This document shows, piece by piece, positions 35,120-45,400 of a DNA stretch of 64,000 bases. The position numbers were made by a program, and so were the translations under genes. The first letter of the stretch is position 1. Each line of letters starts with the position of its first letter. The notes beneath the pieces were generated by a model, which had not been told where the DNA came from, ran no database searches, and saw nothing but the letters and a program-made list of their open reading frames with translations. This DNA is from a virus (Duplodnaviria > Caudoviricetes): the IMG/VR virus record IMGVR_UViG_3300042881_002516, positions 1,293-65,292 of that record; one strand, given 5' to 3'.

Positions 35120-36615
35120 AAACGAAAGCCTTTGTACGAATTCTTAGGTAATACGAAATGCAGCGACTGCTTGGCGCGGGTGATCCCGACGTAGAGCAAT
35201 CGGTTGATGTCATCGGAGTTCTTGTCGTACTCCTGCGCGAACTTGGTCGACAGATCGCCGATCAGCAGGACGTTATCTGCCTCGCCGCCCTTCGCACCGT
35301 GGATGGTGGAGAGCTTGATCGGAACCTTGCCCGTGATCCGTGTTCCTCGACGCAGCAGCGCGATCAGGTAGTTGCGCTTGTCCTCGCCGATCTTGGTCAG
35401 CGCTTCGTGCCAGATCGCATCGGTCAGTAGGCCGTGGTCCTTGGTCAGTGATTCGTGTGTGTACATCCGATCCACATCAGCCGTCTTCAAGCCCTTGTGT
35501 CCGTGCTTGACGAACTCGGTGCCGAGATACTTGTAGATCAACTTCACGACCGGGAACGGCACTTCACCGCCCTTGCGTAGGCGCTCCCACCCCATGACGG
35601 CGGTCAGCATTGACTCAGGCACGCTCCGTTGTCCGTGGCGCTCGAAGAGCAAGCCTTGCGACTTCAGCCACTCGTGCATCTCGGTGAGCATGTAGTTCGT
35701 AGCGGCAAGCACGAGCCACTCGCCCTGTGTGATGTCGACGTGGTGGAAGTCGTTGTAGTAAGTGATCGCACCGCCTTCGGTGCGCGGCTTCCAGATCTTC
35801 GGCTGTCGCTTGCGGATGCGGTTGACCACTTGGTCGGCGAGCGCGTGGATCTTTGACGGTACGCGATAGGATTGGTCGAGGACTTTGATATCGCCCTCAA
35901 GCGTCAGGAACGAGTCTACGTCCGCACCGGCCCAGGTGTAGACCGCCTGGTCGTCATCGCCTGCGATGAACGTGCGTTCAGCACGGGCAATGAGTTCCTT
36001 GACTATCCGCCACTGTAATTTTGATAAATCCTGAGCCTCGTCAATAATTAATGTTTTTAATGACGGAAATCTATCAGGCTCGTCTAAAACTCTCTCCAAC
36101 AAGTCGGTGAAGTCGAGCAAGCCACGCGAGGCCTTGAAGTGTCGGTACGCGCGATCAACGTACTCGAAGTGATGCCACTCGATGGTCATCTGACTTTCGT
36201 TGTAGTGCTGGCGCAGGTCCTTGCCCTTGATGCGTGCGATGTTGACCTCGTTCAGGATCGGATGGTCTGCCTTGATGGCAAACTCCTCCTCGCCCTTCTC
36301 GACGCCAAGCTCGATGCCGGCTTCCTTGGCAAACTCTGCATAGTGCTCTGGCCCCATCATGTCCTTCGACGTCACGCCGAGGCAGTGATAGGCGAGCGAG
36401 TGCAGCGTACGGAACCACGGGAAGTCCCGATCCGGGTTCAGTGCCGGGAACTTCTGTATGGCACGATCGCGTGCTTCGGTTGCCGCCTTACGGGTGAACG
36501 CGAAGTAACCGATCTGCATTGGATGCACGTCGGCCTCAAGCTCACGCTCGACGACAGAGAGCAAATAGGTTGTCTTGCCGGCCCCTGGAGGGCCGAACAC
36601 TTTTTCGACGCTCAT
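35116..36615 (-). CDS. UvrD/Rep-like SF1 helicase
   Basis: GPPGAGKT, DEAQD, GDDDQAVY, STIHGAKGGE, YVGITRA. Confidence 0.92.
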   Translation of the reverse strand: MSVEKVFGPPGAGKTTYLLSVVERELEADVHPMQIGYFAFTRKAATEARDRAIQKFPALNPDRDFPWFRTLHSLAYHCLGVTSKDMMGPEHYAEFAKEAGIELGVEKGEEEFAIKADHPILNEVNIARIKGKDLRQHYNESQMTIEWHHFEYVDRAYRHFKASRGLLDFTDLLERVLDEPDRFPSLKTLIIDEAQDLSKLQWRIVKELIARAERTFIAGDDDQAVYTWAGADVDSFLTLEGDIKVLDQSYRVPSKIHALADQVVNRIRKRQPKIWKPRTEGGAITYYNDFHHVDITQGEWLVLAATNYMLTEMHEWLKSQGLLFERHGQRSVPESMLTAVMGWERLRKGGEVPFPVVKLIYKYLGTEFVKHGHKGLKTADVDRMYTHESLTKDHGLLTDAIWHEALTKIGEDKRNYLIALLRRGTRITGKVPIKLSTIHGAKGGEADNVLLIGDLSTKFAQEYDKNSDDINRLLYVGITRAKQSLHFVLPKNSYKGFRL

Positions 36616-36890
36616 TCTTGTAACTCATCGGCCATGTCGGTAATCGACTTCATCGTGCAAGGCCAGACGATGATCGGCGTGTTCTCGCCGACGTACGCGT
36701 CTTCAATGTTGTAGCTGATGTACTCGATCGCCTCTTCTTCGGACAAGCCTGATTGGTGCATGAGGATCGTAACGATCGCATCACCGTCGTAGATCAGCGT
36801 GTCCACGCGCTTTGCGCTGCCGTCAGCCACGCGCTGCCACACCGTCGAGATGCCAATCAAGGCCCCGTCAAACCCGTCAATCTTCAGCAT
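36612..36890 (-). CDS. conserved phage protein
   Basis: DGFD.A.IG...EEA.EY..YN...AYVGE.TP; start reassigned. Confidence 0.7.
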   Translation of the reverse strand: MLKIDGFDGALIGISTVWQRVADGSAKRVDTLIYDGDAIVTILMHQSGLSEEEAIEYISYNIEDAYVGENTPIIVWPCTMKSITDMADELQE

Positions 36891-38422
36891 TAGAACGGAC
36901 TCCCATTCTTCTTTTGTTCCGGTGTCTCGAACGGCGAATCCTGCCGCTCGAACCGGGGGATGCGCCAACAACGTGTCGCACGGTTCTTGAGGAACAGACT
37001 AATCGGCTCGCCACCGATCTCGCGGATGCGCTGCGCAATCTTCGGGAGCGTCATGCCCTTAAAGTTGTTGCGGTTCAGGTGCGCCTCGAGATCCTTCATG
37101 CGGAAGTACGTGCGGCCTTCGTCGTCATTGGTCCACGGGCGACCAAGCAGAAGCTCGTCACGATCGAGCGCCTGCTGCAAGTGCGTGCAGAACTCTTCGA
37201 GCAAGTCGTTGAAGCGACCAGTGACAGTCGTGTCCTCGCTCGCAACGGTAATCTGCTCCGTCTCGACCATCTCGGTGAGCAGCGCGTTCAGCATCTGCTC
37301 CCAGTCCGCCTTCTTGATAGCCGGCGGCAGCACGTTCAGCTTCTCGACGCAAGACTTCTGGAAAGCCATCTGGTTGAAGAGGCTCTCCGTATCCAGTTCG
37401 ATGCGTTTACCGTTTACGTCGAGAAACCAAAGCGGCGGCTCGCTCGCATATTTTGAGAGCGCGGATAGCTGCGGTGAATCTGGCCCATGGGCCCCGATCC
37501 CGAACTTCCGAGTCCTGCACAGGCCGCTGTTGCAGAAGCTGTTCAGCGGCGCGTCCTTGCACTTGTACCGGTACTCCTTTTTGTTTATCTGCTTTATGAG
37601 CAGTTGTACTTCGTTGTTTGGCAGCGGAGGGCTTACGTACTTGTAGTTGTATTCCACTAGCACGTTGTCCCACGTCGCTGGGTGCGCCCTCTTCAGATAG
37701 AGGCCGATGTTGAACAGCGCGTTGTTTCTTGTCCCCTCGGGGACGCCTTGAGCGCAGATGGCCTGTAGGCATGGTGGTCCGTCCTTTATAGGTGACTCAG
37801 GGGCCTTCGGTTCCTCGGGGAACTTCAGGTCTTTGTCCTGCACGAACGTGTCGTACAGCACATAGAACTCCTCCAACGTGGCGGCCTTGCCGTCATCGTT
37901 AAAGGCGTAACGCATGGTGTCATCGCCGCCAAAGTACGGCAAGTTAAGGAAGTTACCCGTGTCGCCACGATCTACCAGGATCTCCGCCTGCTTCGGGAAG
38001 ATCTCGCGACCGGCCTCGCCCAGAAGCGCAGCAGCGCCTTTGAGGTAACGCTGCATCTCAGCAGCGGGAATCGGTTCTTTGACGAACAGGAACACGTGTG
38101 CGCCGCCTGACTTGCTGCGGCACACGACAAGGGGCAGCTCAAGGCTGCGAATCTTTTTGATTAGGCCGGCATGATCCAAGGGGTACTGATCAATATCAAT
38201 ACATCCCCAAATGCAGGAGTTATCGGCACGAATGGGAATGATGCCAAGCGACGGCTCGACACCTTCCAGATGCTTGTGCCAAAGATCATCGGTCGGGGGC
38301 TTTCGAACGACGACGGCTTTACCGGCTTGCTTGCCATTGCCCTTCTCGCCTTCGATTTTGTAGGTCCCATAGGCGATATCTAAGCCCGTAAATATCGCTT
38401 TGAACCGTGTGATGTCGGTCAT
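36890..38422 (-). CDS. AEP-type primase with PriCT-like domain
   Basis: WGCIDID, RSKSGGAHVF, GNFLNLPY, GPPCL...EGTRNNALF. Confidence 0.8.
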   Translation of the reverse strand: MTDITRFKAIFTGLDIAYGTYKIEGEKGNGKQAGKAVVVRKPPTDDLWHKHLEGVEPSLGIIPIRADNSCIWGCIDIDQYPLDHAGLIKKIRSLELPLVVCRSKSGGAHVFLFVKEPIPAAEMQRYLKGAAALLGEAGREIFPKQAEILVDRGDTGNFLNLPYFGGDDTMRYAFNDDGKAATLEEFYVLYDTFVQDKDLKFPEEPKAPESPIKDGPPCLQAICAQGVPEGTRNNALFNIGLYLKRAHPATWDNVLVEYNYKYVSPPLPNNEVQLLIKQINKKEYRYKCKDAPLNSFCNSGLCRTRKFGIGAHGPDSPQLSALSKYASEPPLWFLDVNGKRIELDTESLFNQMAFQKSCVEKLNVLPPAIKKADWEQMLNALLTEMVETEQITVASEDTTVTGRFNDLLEEFCTHLQQALDRDELLLGRPWTNDDEGRTYFRMKDLEAHLNRNNFKGMTLPKIAQRIREIGGEPISLFLKNRATRCWRIPRFERQDSPFETPEQKKNGSPF

Positions 38423-38440
38423 TTCTGCTTTCTCGAAAGA

Positions 38441-38496
38441 TGGGGCCTACTTGCATAGGGTGGATGGATCGTCGCCTGTAATTGCTTTCGGCCCCA
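38441..38496 (-). other. structured intergenic RNA with bulged-G-like motif
   Basis: TGGGGCC-GAA...AGTA-GGCCCCA. Confidence 0.45.
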
Positions 38497-38501
38497 AGAC
38501 A

Positions 38502-39275
38502 TTAAAACGGTGCAGCGGCAGAAGCAGCGTCACCTTCGCTCTCGTGCTTCCCACGTACTGCACCCGAAGATACAGACAGTGCGAAGGATTTGCACGCGGC
38601 GTAAACGTCGTCTCGATCAATTGTACCAATACGCTCAACTTCCCAACCGAACCACTTGCCCTTGTCGTTTGACTCAGGCTGCGTGGTCAAGCGGTACATT
38701 TGGCTGTACATCGGCGGGGTGAACAAACCGTTCTTACCCTGCAACTTCACCGACTGCATCATGCTGTTCCACTTGCGGCTCTTCTTGAGCTGCGTGGACT
38801 TCATGACGATCATTGCCGGAGACGGCGTACCGTCCTCGTCAACTACCATCACGTAATGGTTGGCAGTGTTCTCGATGTAGTTACCGTTGTCGAGGTAGTC
38901 CTTGTTCTCGCCCGGTTCGCGGTGCGTACGGGAGAGGATGTCGGACGTGGCCGGGTAGATGTGAATCGGCGCACCGGAGCCGCTCCCACGGGGAGCCCAC
39001 TCGATGTACTGACGCACGTATGCGCACGGAACCACCACAATGCCCTTCTTACCATCGTAGAGCTGACCGGTGACGCTGTTGTAGATCATGCCGGGGAGTG
39101 CCCCGTCGACCTCACCAACTTCCGGTGACGTGTTGGTCAGGAGTCGCAGGAACGGCAGGGCGAAGTCGTCCTGATTCATTCCGGCAAAACTGCTGCTGGC
39201 ATCCTCTTCGAATGCCGTAGCAATCGCCAACGCGGTGGATGATTCGTTCTTCTCTGCTAAAGCTGTTTTAGCCAT
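38502..39275 (-). CDS. putative single-stranded DNA-binding protein
   Basis: Replication context; aromatic beta core; C-terminal ...APF. Confidence 0.6.
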   Translation of the reverse strand: MAKTALAEKNESSTALAIATAFEEDASSSFAGMNQDDFALPFLRLLTNTSPEVGEVDGALPGMIYNSVTGQLYDGKKGIVVVPCAYVRQYIEWAPRGSGSGAPIHIYPATSDILSRTHREPGENKDYLDNGNYIENTANHYVMVVDEDGTPSPAMIVMKSTQLKKSRKWNSMMQSVKLQGKNGLFTPPMYSQMYRLTTQPESNDKGKWFGWEVERIGTIDRDDVYAACKSFALSVSSGAVRGKHESEGDAASAAAPF

Positions 39276-39291
39276 GATTCGTGGTCCTTTG

Positions 39292-39846
39292 TTAAGCTGA
39301 CTTGATTACGGCCTTTTTACCGATGTACGCGCCGAACAGTTCCGTTGGGAACTCCTCGCCACGTGTCACCCGTTCCTTGACCCAGGCCTTCAGGGTCGAG
39401 GGTTCTACTTTCTCGGACTGCTCGGCAGGGAAACCCTGCTGACCAAGCATGCCGAGGAGACGGTTGCACAACTCGTCCTCGCCACGCCCGAAGCGCACGC
39501 TGACGGTGTTTTTGATGATGTCGTCAAAGCCATGATCCCGGAGCCACTGGAAGGCTTCGGCACGTCGGGCTTCGCTAATCGAGGCGCTGTAGAAGGGCTT
39601 CACGTCGATCGAGCTGCCATCTTCCATGCGGAAGGATGACATGCCCATCTCGGTGAGGGCTTCCGGAATAGCCTCCTCGGTCAACTTGCGATACTGCTCT
39701 TTCAGTCCCTTGAGCGTCGTTTCCTCGTCCTCGATCTGCTTCTCGAGTGACTTGGCACGACGGGCTAGGGCTGCGATACCGGTGATCTGGTCGTCTTGGA
39801 CGCGCAGCGCATCGGCTTCTTGCTCAAATAAGCTCGTAAGGCTCAT
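39292..39846 (-). CDS. conserved phage replication-module protein
   Basis: AFQWLRDHG.DDIIKN...VEPSTLKAWVKE. Confidence 0.7.
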   Translation of the reverse strand: MSLTSLFEQEADALRVQDDQITGIAALARRAKSLEKQIEDEETTLKGLKEQYRKLTEEAIPEALTEMGMSSFRMEDGSSIDVKPFYSASISEARRAEAFQWLRDHGFDDIIKNTVSVRFGRGEDELCNRLLGMLGQQGFPAEQSEKVEPSTLKAWVKERVTRGEEFPTELFGAYIGKKAVIKSA

Positions 39847-40174
39847 CTAGTTCTCCTTTCTTGAAAAGATCAACCTCTAACGGGATGTAGCGACGTTCGC
39901 GTTTGTCCCACTTGAGGCACTTGAATCGACCGTTGTTCTTAAATGCCGCTACCGCACAACAGATACCTATTGCAGACGGATCACCGATCAACAACAAATA
40001 ATCGTTATCGGTGAACTTGTCCAGTTTGCGTTGAACCCGTCGAACGGTCGGGGCAACGGAAAACGCAATCTGAGCGTTAGGCGGCAAAATCGTCTCAATC
40101 TGGCCGTAATCCTGGGCACTTGCAATATTGTGTTGCAAGGTCTCAGAAACGACATAAACCTTGGGCACTGACAT
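39824..40174 (-). CDS. conserved phage protein
   Basis: DYLLLIGDP...LKWD...RY; AGAAAGGAG SD; start reassigned. Confidence 0.7.
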   Translation of the reverse strand: MSVPKVYVVSETLQHNIASAQDYGQIETILPPNAQIAFSVAPTVRRVQRKLDKFTDNDYLLLIGDPSAIGICCAVAAFKNNGRFKCLKWDKRERRYIPLEVDLFKKGELDEPYELI

Positions 40175-40199
40175 TTCTCCTTTCTCAAAAACTGTGATC

Positions 40200-40228
40200 A
40201 GTGTAGACTCGCGTTTCAGGGATTGCAA
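40200..40228 (-). promoter_or_regulatory. sigma70-like promoter of the replication operon
   Basis: TTGCAA-N17-TACACT in the divergent intergenic region. Confidence 0.7.
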
Positions 40229-40252
40229 CCCCTGCTAGAAAGCGAGATCAAC

Positions 40253-41704
40253 ATGAGCCAATTTTTACAGACTTACCGATTCAAAAACAAGCCGTTTGCG
40301 CATCAAGCTGCTTACCTTCAACGCTTTTGGGATCACCAAGTAGCGGCACTGTTCGCCGATATGGGAACGGGCAAGAGCTTCATGCTCATCAATAATATAG
40401 CAATGCTTTACGACCAGGGCCGCATCAATGCCGTCCTGATCGTCGCACCAAAGGGCGTGTACCGCAACTGGGTAGACACCGAAATACCCAAGCACATGCC
40501 TGAACACGTGGTCTACCGTGTAGCGCTGTGGTCAGCAACGCCACGCAAGGCGGAGCAGCAGGCGCTTGATTCGATGTTCGAGATCACCGAAGACCTGAAG
40601 ATTCTGGTGATGAACATTGAGGCGTTCTCAACGCCACGCGGCACGAAGTTCGCTCAAAGGTTTTTGTTCGTGCACAACGCGATGATGGCTATCGATGAGT
40701 CGACGACCATCAAAACGCCAAATAGCAAACGAAGCAAAAACACTGAAAAAACAGGCAAAATGGCGAAGTATCGCCGCATCATGACAGGCTCTCCGGTGAC
40801 CAAATCACCGATGGACCTGTACCAGCAATGCGCCTTCCTATCGGATGCCTGCCTCGACTCGCCTTCGTACTATGCGTTCCAAGCGCGCTACGCGGTCGTC
40901 GTCGAGCGACGCTTGGCGAGCCACAGCTTCAAACAAATCGTCGGCTATCGAAAGCTCGATGAGCTCAAAGAGAAGCTTGATCGGTTCAGCTTCCGCGTGA
41001 AAAAGGAAGAGTGCCTGGACCTTCCAGACAAGTTATACGTGAAGCGTGAGGTCGATCTCACAGACGAGCAGGCTCGTGCCTATGAGCAGATGAAGGTCAT
41101 GGCATTAGCGCAGTTCGAGCAGGGCATGATGTCCACAGTTAATGCACTGACGCAGTTGATGCGTTTGCATCAGATCACCTGTGGTCACGTGAAGCTGGAT
41201 AACGGCACGATCATGTCCTTGCCGAACAAGCGCATCGACGAGCTCCTGGCCATCGTCGAAGAGACCGACGGCAAGATGATCATCTGGGCCACGTACCGCC
41301 ATGACATCGACGCCATCAAGATCGCCCTACAGAAAGACTACGGCATGGAGAGTGTCGGCACGTACTACGGCGATACCGAGGAAGACGAGCGGCAGCGGGT
41401 CGTGGCGGAGTTCCAGAACCCGGAGAGCAAACTACGCTTTTTCGTAGGCAATCCCAGCACTGGTGGCTACGGCCTGACACTGACAGCGGCCAACGTGGTC
41501 GTGTACTACAGCAATAGCTTTGACCTTGAGAAGCGGTTGCAGTCGGAGGATCGCGCGCACCGTATCGGCCAGACCAAAAACGTGACGTACATCGACTTGA
41601 TCGCCGTCAAGACGATCGACGAGAAGATCGTAAAGGCACTGCGGGATAAGATCGACATCTCGACCCAAGTGCTCGGAGAGGAGGTAAAGAAATGGTTGAT
41701 CTGA
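40253..41704 (+). CDS. SNF2-family helicase
   Basis: DMGTGKS, IDES, MTGSP, GGYGLTL, QSEDRAHRIGQ; start reassigned. Confidence 0.92.
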   Translation: MSQFLQTYRFKNKPFAHQAAYLQRFWDHQVAALFADMGTGKSFMLINNIAMLYDQGRINAVLIVAPKGVYRNWVDTEIPKHMPEHVVYRVALWSATPRKAEQQALDSMFEITEDLKILVMNIEAFSTPRGTKFAQRFLFVHNAMMAIDESTTIKTPNSKRSKNTEKTGKMAKYRRIMTGSPVTKSPMDLYQQCAFLSDACLDSPSYYAFQARYAVVVERRLASHSFKQIVGYRKLDELKEKLDRFSFRVKKEECLDLPDKLYVKREVDLTDEQARAYEQMKVMALAQFEQGMMSTVNALTQLMRLHQITCGHVKLDNGTIMSLPNKRIDELLAIVEETDGKMIIWATYRHDIDAIKIALQKDYGMESVGTYYGDTEEDERQRVVAEFQNPESKLRFFVGNPSTGGYGLTLTAANVVVYYSNSFDLEKRLQSEDRAHRIGQTKNVTYIDLIAVKTIDEKIVKALRDKIDISTQVLGEEVKKWLI

Positions 41705-42402
41705 TCCCCATCAAACGCCTGTATCAGTACGAGCGCCTCAAGCGCATCGACAGTCCAGACGGACGCAAGTACGTCGACACCAATGAAAACGCCCTGCCTA
41801 GTGTCACGACTGTGCTATCGGCGACCAAAGACAAGAAGGCCCTTGATGCGTGGGCCGCGAGAGTTGGTGAGGCAGAAGCGAACCGGATCAAAAATGAAGC
41901 GGCCACGGTCGGCACGCACATGCACAACGTCATCGAGCGGATGATCGCGTACCGTGACCTACCCCGCCCGACCAACTGGCTCATGGTCAAAGGTTATGAG
42001 ATGGGCTATCGGCTCGTGAACGAGTACTTCATGAACCTTGAGGAGATCTGGGGGTCAGAAGTACCGCTGTATTACCCAGCTAAGTACGCTGGGACGACGG
42101 ATCTTGTAGGGGTCTACCGAGGCAACCCTGCGATTGTCGACTTCAAGCAGTCGCTGAAGCCGAAGAAGCACGAGTGGATCCAGGATTACTTTCATCAGCT
42201 TGCTGCCTATGCGCTCGCGCACGATGTGGTGCATGGCACTACAATCAGACACGGCTATGTCCTGGTCGCTCTCCAATCCGGTGGCACTCAGGAGTTCAGC
42301 ACCACCGGATCAGAATTTGAGCGATACAAGGAAGAGTGGATGAAGCGCGTCGAGTGTTACCACTCGCCCGAGTGCGAACAGATGGCTAAGTACTTTAGCT
42401 AG
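41692..42402 (+). CDS. PD-(D/E)XK exonuclease (Cas4/MGME1-like)
   Basis: PSVTTVL, GT.MH, E..L, AGTTD, VDFK, QLAAY. Confidence 0.88.
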   Translation: MVDLIPIKRLYQYERLKRIDSPDGRKYVDTNENALPSVTTVLSATKDKKALDAWAARVGEAEANRIKNEAATVGTHMHNVIERMIAYRDLPRPTNWLMVKGYEMGYRLVNEYFMNLEEIWGSEVPLYYPAKYAGTTDLVGVYRGNPAIVDFKQSLKPKKHEWIQDYFHQLAAYALAHDVVHGTTIRHGYVLVALQSGGTQEFSTTGSEFERYKEEWMKRVECYHSPECEQMAKYFS

Positions 42403-45400
42403 GCATCGGTTGACCGGCGGCTACGCCGGCTGCACCGATGATCGCGTCGTTCGGGAAGAGCTGCTGCATCATCAGTCTGCTCTGCGTCGGGCCACCCGTT
42501 GTCGGAGGCGGACCTCCGGCAGGAGCGCCGCCTTGCGGAGCAGGAGGCTTCTGCATCCCCGGCACGCCACGGGTGGTCGGGGCCGGCGGAACCGGCTTCG
42601 GACGCATGGCGTTGTAGACATCTTGAAGCGACTGGAAGTCTCGCGAAGCAGTCGGTCCCCCCGTCACTGCTTTCGCCTCGGGGGGCTCTTCGTAGTTCGC
42701 GTAGTTCAAGCCAGCAGCCAACAGATACGCGTGCATCGACTTTGCCAAGCGGAACTTCTCCTGTTCGGAGAGGTTGCGACGCAGCAGCATCGACATGAAC
42801 GCCGGATCCTGCACGGCCTGTTGCATGGTCTTGCGGACCATCATCATCGGCATCTTGTCAAAGATTTGACGCACGGCCTTCGAACCGGCCGATGCCGCGA
42901 TCAGCGAGCCAGGGCCGCCGCCAGAGGCCGCCGTGCCGATCCGCGAACCGACGACGCGCATGGCGAGCTCGCCGACGATATCAGCACCCTGTAAGACGTC
43001 TTCTAGGCCGCGTTTATTGGCCATCGCATCTTCGATGACCATCATGCGATCGGTCAAAGCGCGGATGTTCTTCAACTCCTGCGGCGTCATGATGCCCTGC
43101 GTACGCAGGATATCGGCCAGCGCAGGCTGGTCTAGCGCAGACTTCTTGAAGAACGCGTCACGGAACTTTTTCGGATCCAGCGTGTCCTTGCCGCCCGTCG
43201 CCTTCGTGAAGGCGTAGTCGTAAACGGACGCCTTCAAGCCGCCCATGGCTTCCGGACCCCCGCGCTGCGCGAGACGTGCAATCTGCGCCATGCTGCGCAT
43301 CGGCGTCTTGCTGTTAAGCGCGGACGTGATCGCATCGGTCGGGTTCTCGTAGGGAAGAAGTTTCGAGAACGCCATCTGCTTACGGACAGTGGTGTTAAGC
43401 GCGCTGTTCTGCTCAATGACGCTACGGAGCAAGTTCTCGGCTTGCGCGGCATTGGTCAGATCGCCCGTGATGCCCATCTGATCGAGCAGGGTTTTGTTCT
43501 CTGCTACGAACTTGGTGAGCTGACGGGTGTTGACGCGAAGCGCGTTGGTCTTCGGGTCGGTGAAAAGCGCCTTAGATGCCATCAGCCGCAATACGCGGTT
43601 CTGGGCGTCCTGGATCGACGCCACGCCAGCGGTCGAAACCTTCGCAAACTCGCGAAGCATGTCCGCCTCTTTACGAAGCGACTCTGGCATCAGGCCCGGA
43701 GCAACCGGACCCGCTTCGGAAGCAGCCTTCGTCAGGCGATCGCGCATGAAGCCAACGGCCCCCTCGATCTCCTTCATGCGAAGGGCGACGAGATCCGAGC
43801 CCACGCCAAAGGCGTTGTCGACGAGCGTCTCTGCGGGATAACGTGCTCCGCCCGTGCGCGCCGTGCCGAGCATTTCGTTCGCAAACGTACGCGTGAACGT
43901 GTCGTTCAGGGCATTCGAGAACTCACGTGCCTTGTTGTAGGCCGGATTGTCGAGCTTGTTGAGATCCTGCAACATCGCATCGGCAAGATACGTGTAGAAG
44001 CTCGCATCGGAGACTTCGCCGCGCGCCTTGGCCTGACGCGAGAGCGTCAAGAGGTTTGAGCGGTAGTTGATTAGGTCGCCAGGCTTGGTCTTCTCAAGCG
44101 CCTTCTTGTCCGGCAGATATCGGTAGTGAACGATGCCGGTCTTGGCAAACTGATCCGTGGATCGGCCACGTCGATAGAGATCGATGGCGCTGTTGTTGAC
44201 GCCAAAGCTTTCCATGATCCGTCGCACATCAGGCGGGACCATTGAGTCAACAAGCGCAGGACCAATCTGAGCGACGCGCTCGAGATACGCACGAACGGTG
44301 TTCTCTGCGGTGAGTTGCTTGGGCCGTGGCACGAGCTTCTCGGTCGGACCCGGCAGTTCGTTCTGCGAAACGTAAAAGCCGTCCTTGCCTTCCTTACGGC
44401 GCAGTTCGTCGAGCACTCGCGCACGGTTAGCAATCTGCTCCGCCGTCATCGTGGCATCAAAGCCCTCGGAGGCCCACGAGTCGAGCACTTCGCGCTCATT
44501 GATGAACGGATCCAACGCCGCACGGACATTCATCGTCCATACGCGCTCATCGCCTTGCAGGTCGCGTGCGATGGCGTCGTACAACTCCGAATCGCTGATG
44601 GCGTTGTAGTTGTCCTTCATCGGGAAGTAGCCGGCGTCAAAGACGCGCTGCTTCACCGCATCGATGCTGGCAGTACCGCGCTCACCAAGGACGTTCTGGC
44701 GAATGTTTTGACGAACAAGGCCCGGAAGAGACTTGTTCGTGATATCGCGAGCAAGGAGCTCACTGTCGTTGGCAATACCGCCCGTGTTCTTGATGAACAC
44801 AGACAGCGGAACCGCCTTCATCTTCGTGAGCCGTGAGACTTTATCCGGGTTCCTGAAGTCGATGTCGTTTGCACGCATGCGCTTCAGTTCGGGCAACAGA
44901 CCGTTCGCCCAGTTCAGATAAGTACGATTGACCAACGTATCAGACGGCTGCACCTGTAGGCGCACCTGTCCTGCCGGCTTCATCGCTTCGCGATCGGCGA
45001 GATTCCAGTAGTAACGCTCGGCTTCTCGAGCGTTCTCAAGCGCCTGCTCTACTTCGTCACGGACGATGCGGCCGATCTCGACACGCGCCTGCGGCGAGTC
45101 CTTGGTGATCTTTGAGATACGCTCTGCGGCACGCAGGTTCGCCCGCTCAAGACGCGAGTTGATGGCGTTCGTGAAGAACTGCTCACGCATCTCCGCTGCA
45201 ACGCGCAAGGCTTCAGGCGATCCCGTGTCCTGCAACGCAGCAACGGTCTTCGTGAAGGCTTTGAGCGCATCGTTGCCTTGTGTACGAATCGCCTCAGAGA
45301 AATTCGGATCGAGCGTGCCAAGTGCCGCTTCGAGCTGCGCCAGCGTCAAAGATCCCGTCTTTTGAGCCGCAGTCGGACCAGTCGGCGTGCCCGGTTGGCC

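Noticed and set aside
35116-36615. AKGG and LRKGG in the UvrD helicase as instances of the GG tag
   Set aside because: HGAKGGE is the conserved SF1 motif V, and neither has F, Y or M at the first position; they show the relaxed motif can arise by chance
41692-42402. Cas4 as part of a CRISPR system
   Set aside because: Stand-alone phage PD-(D/E)XK exonuclease lacking the four-Cys cluster, next to a helicase
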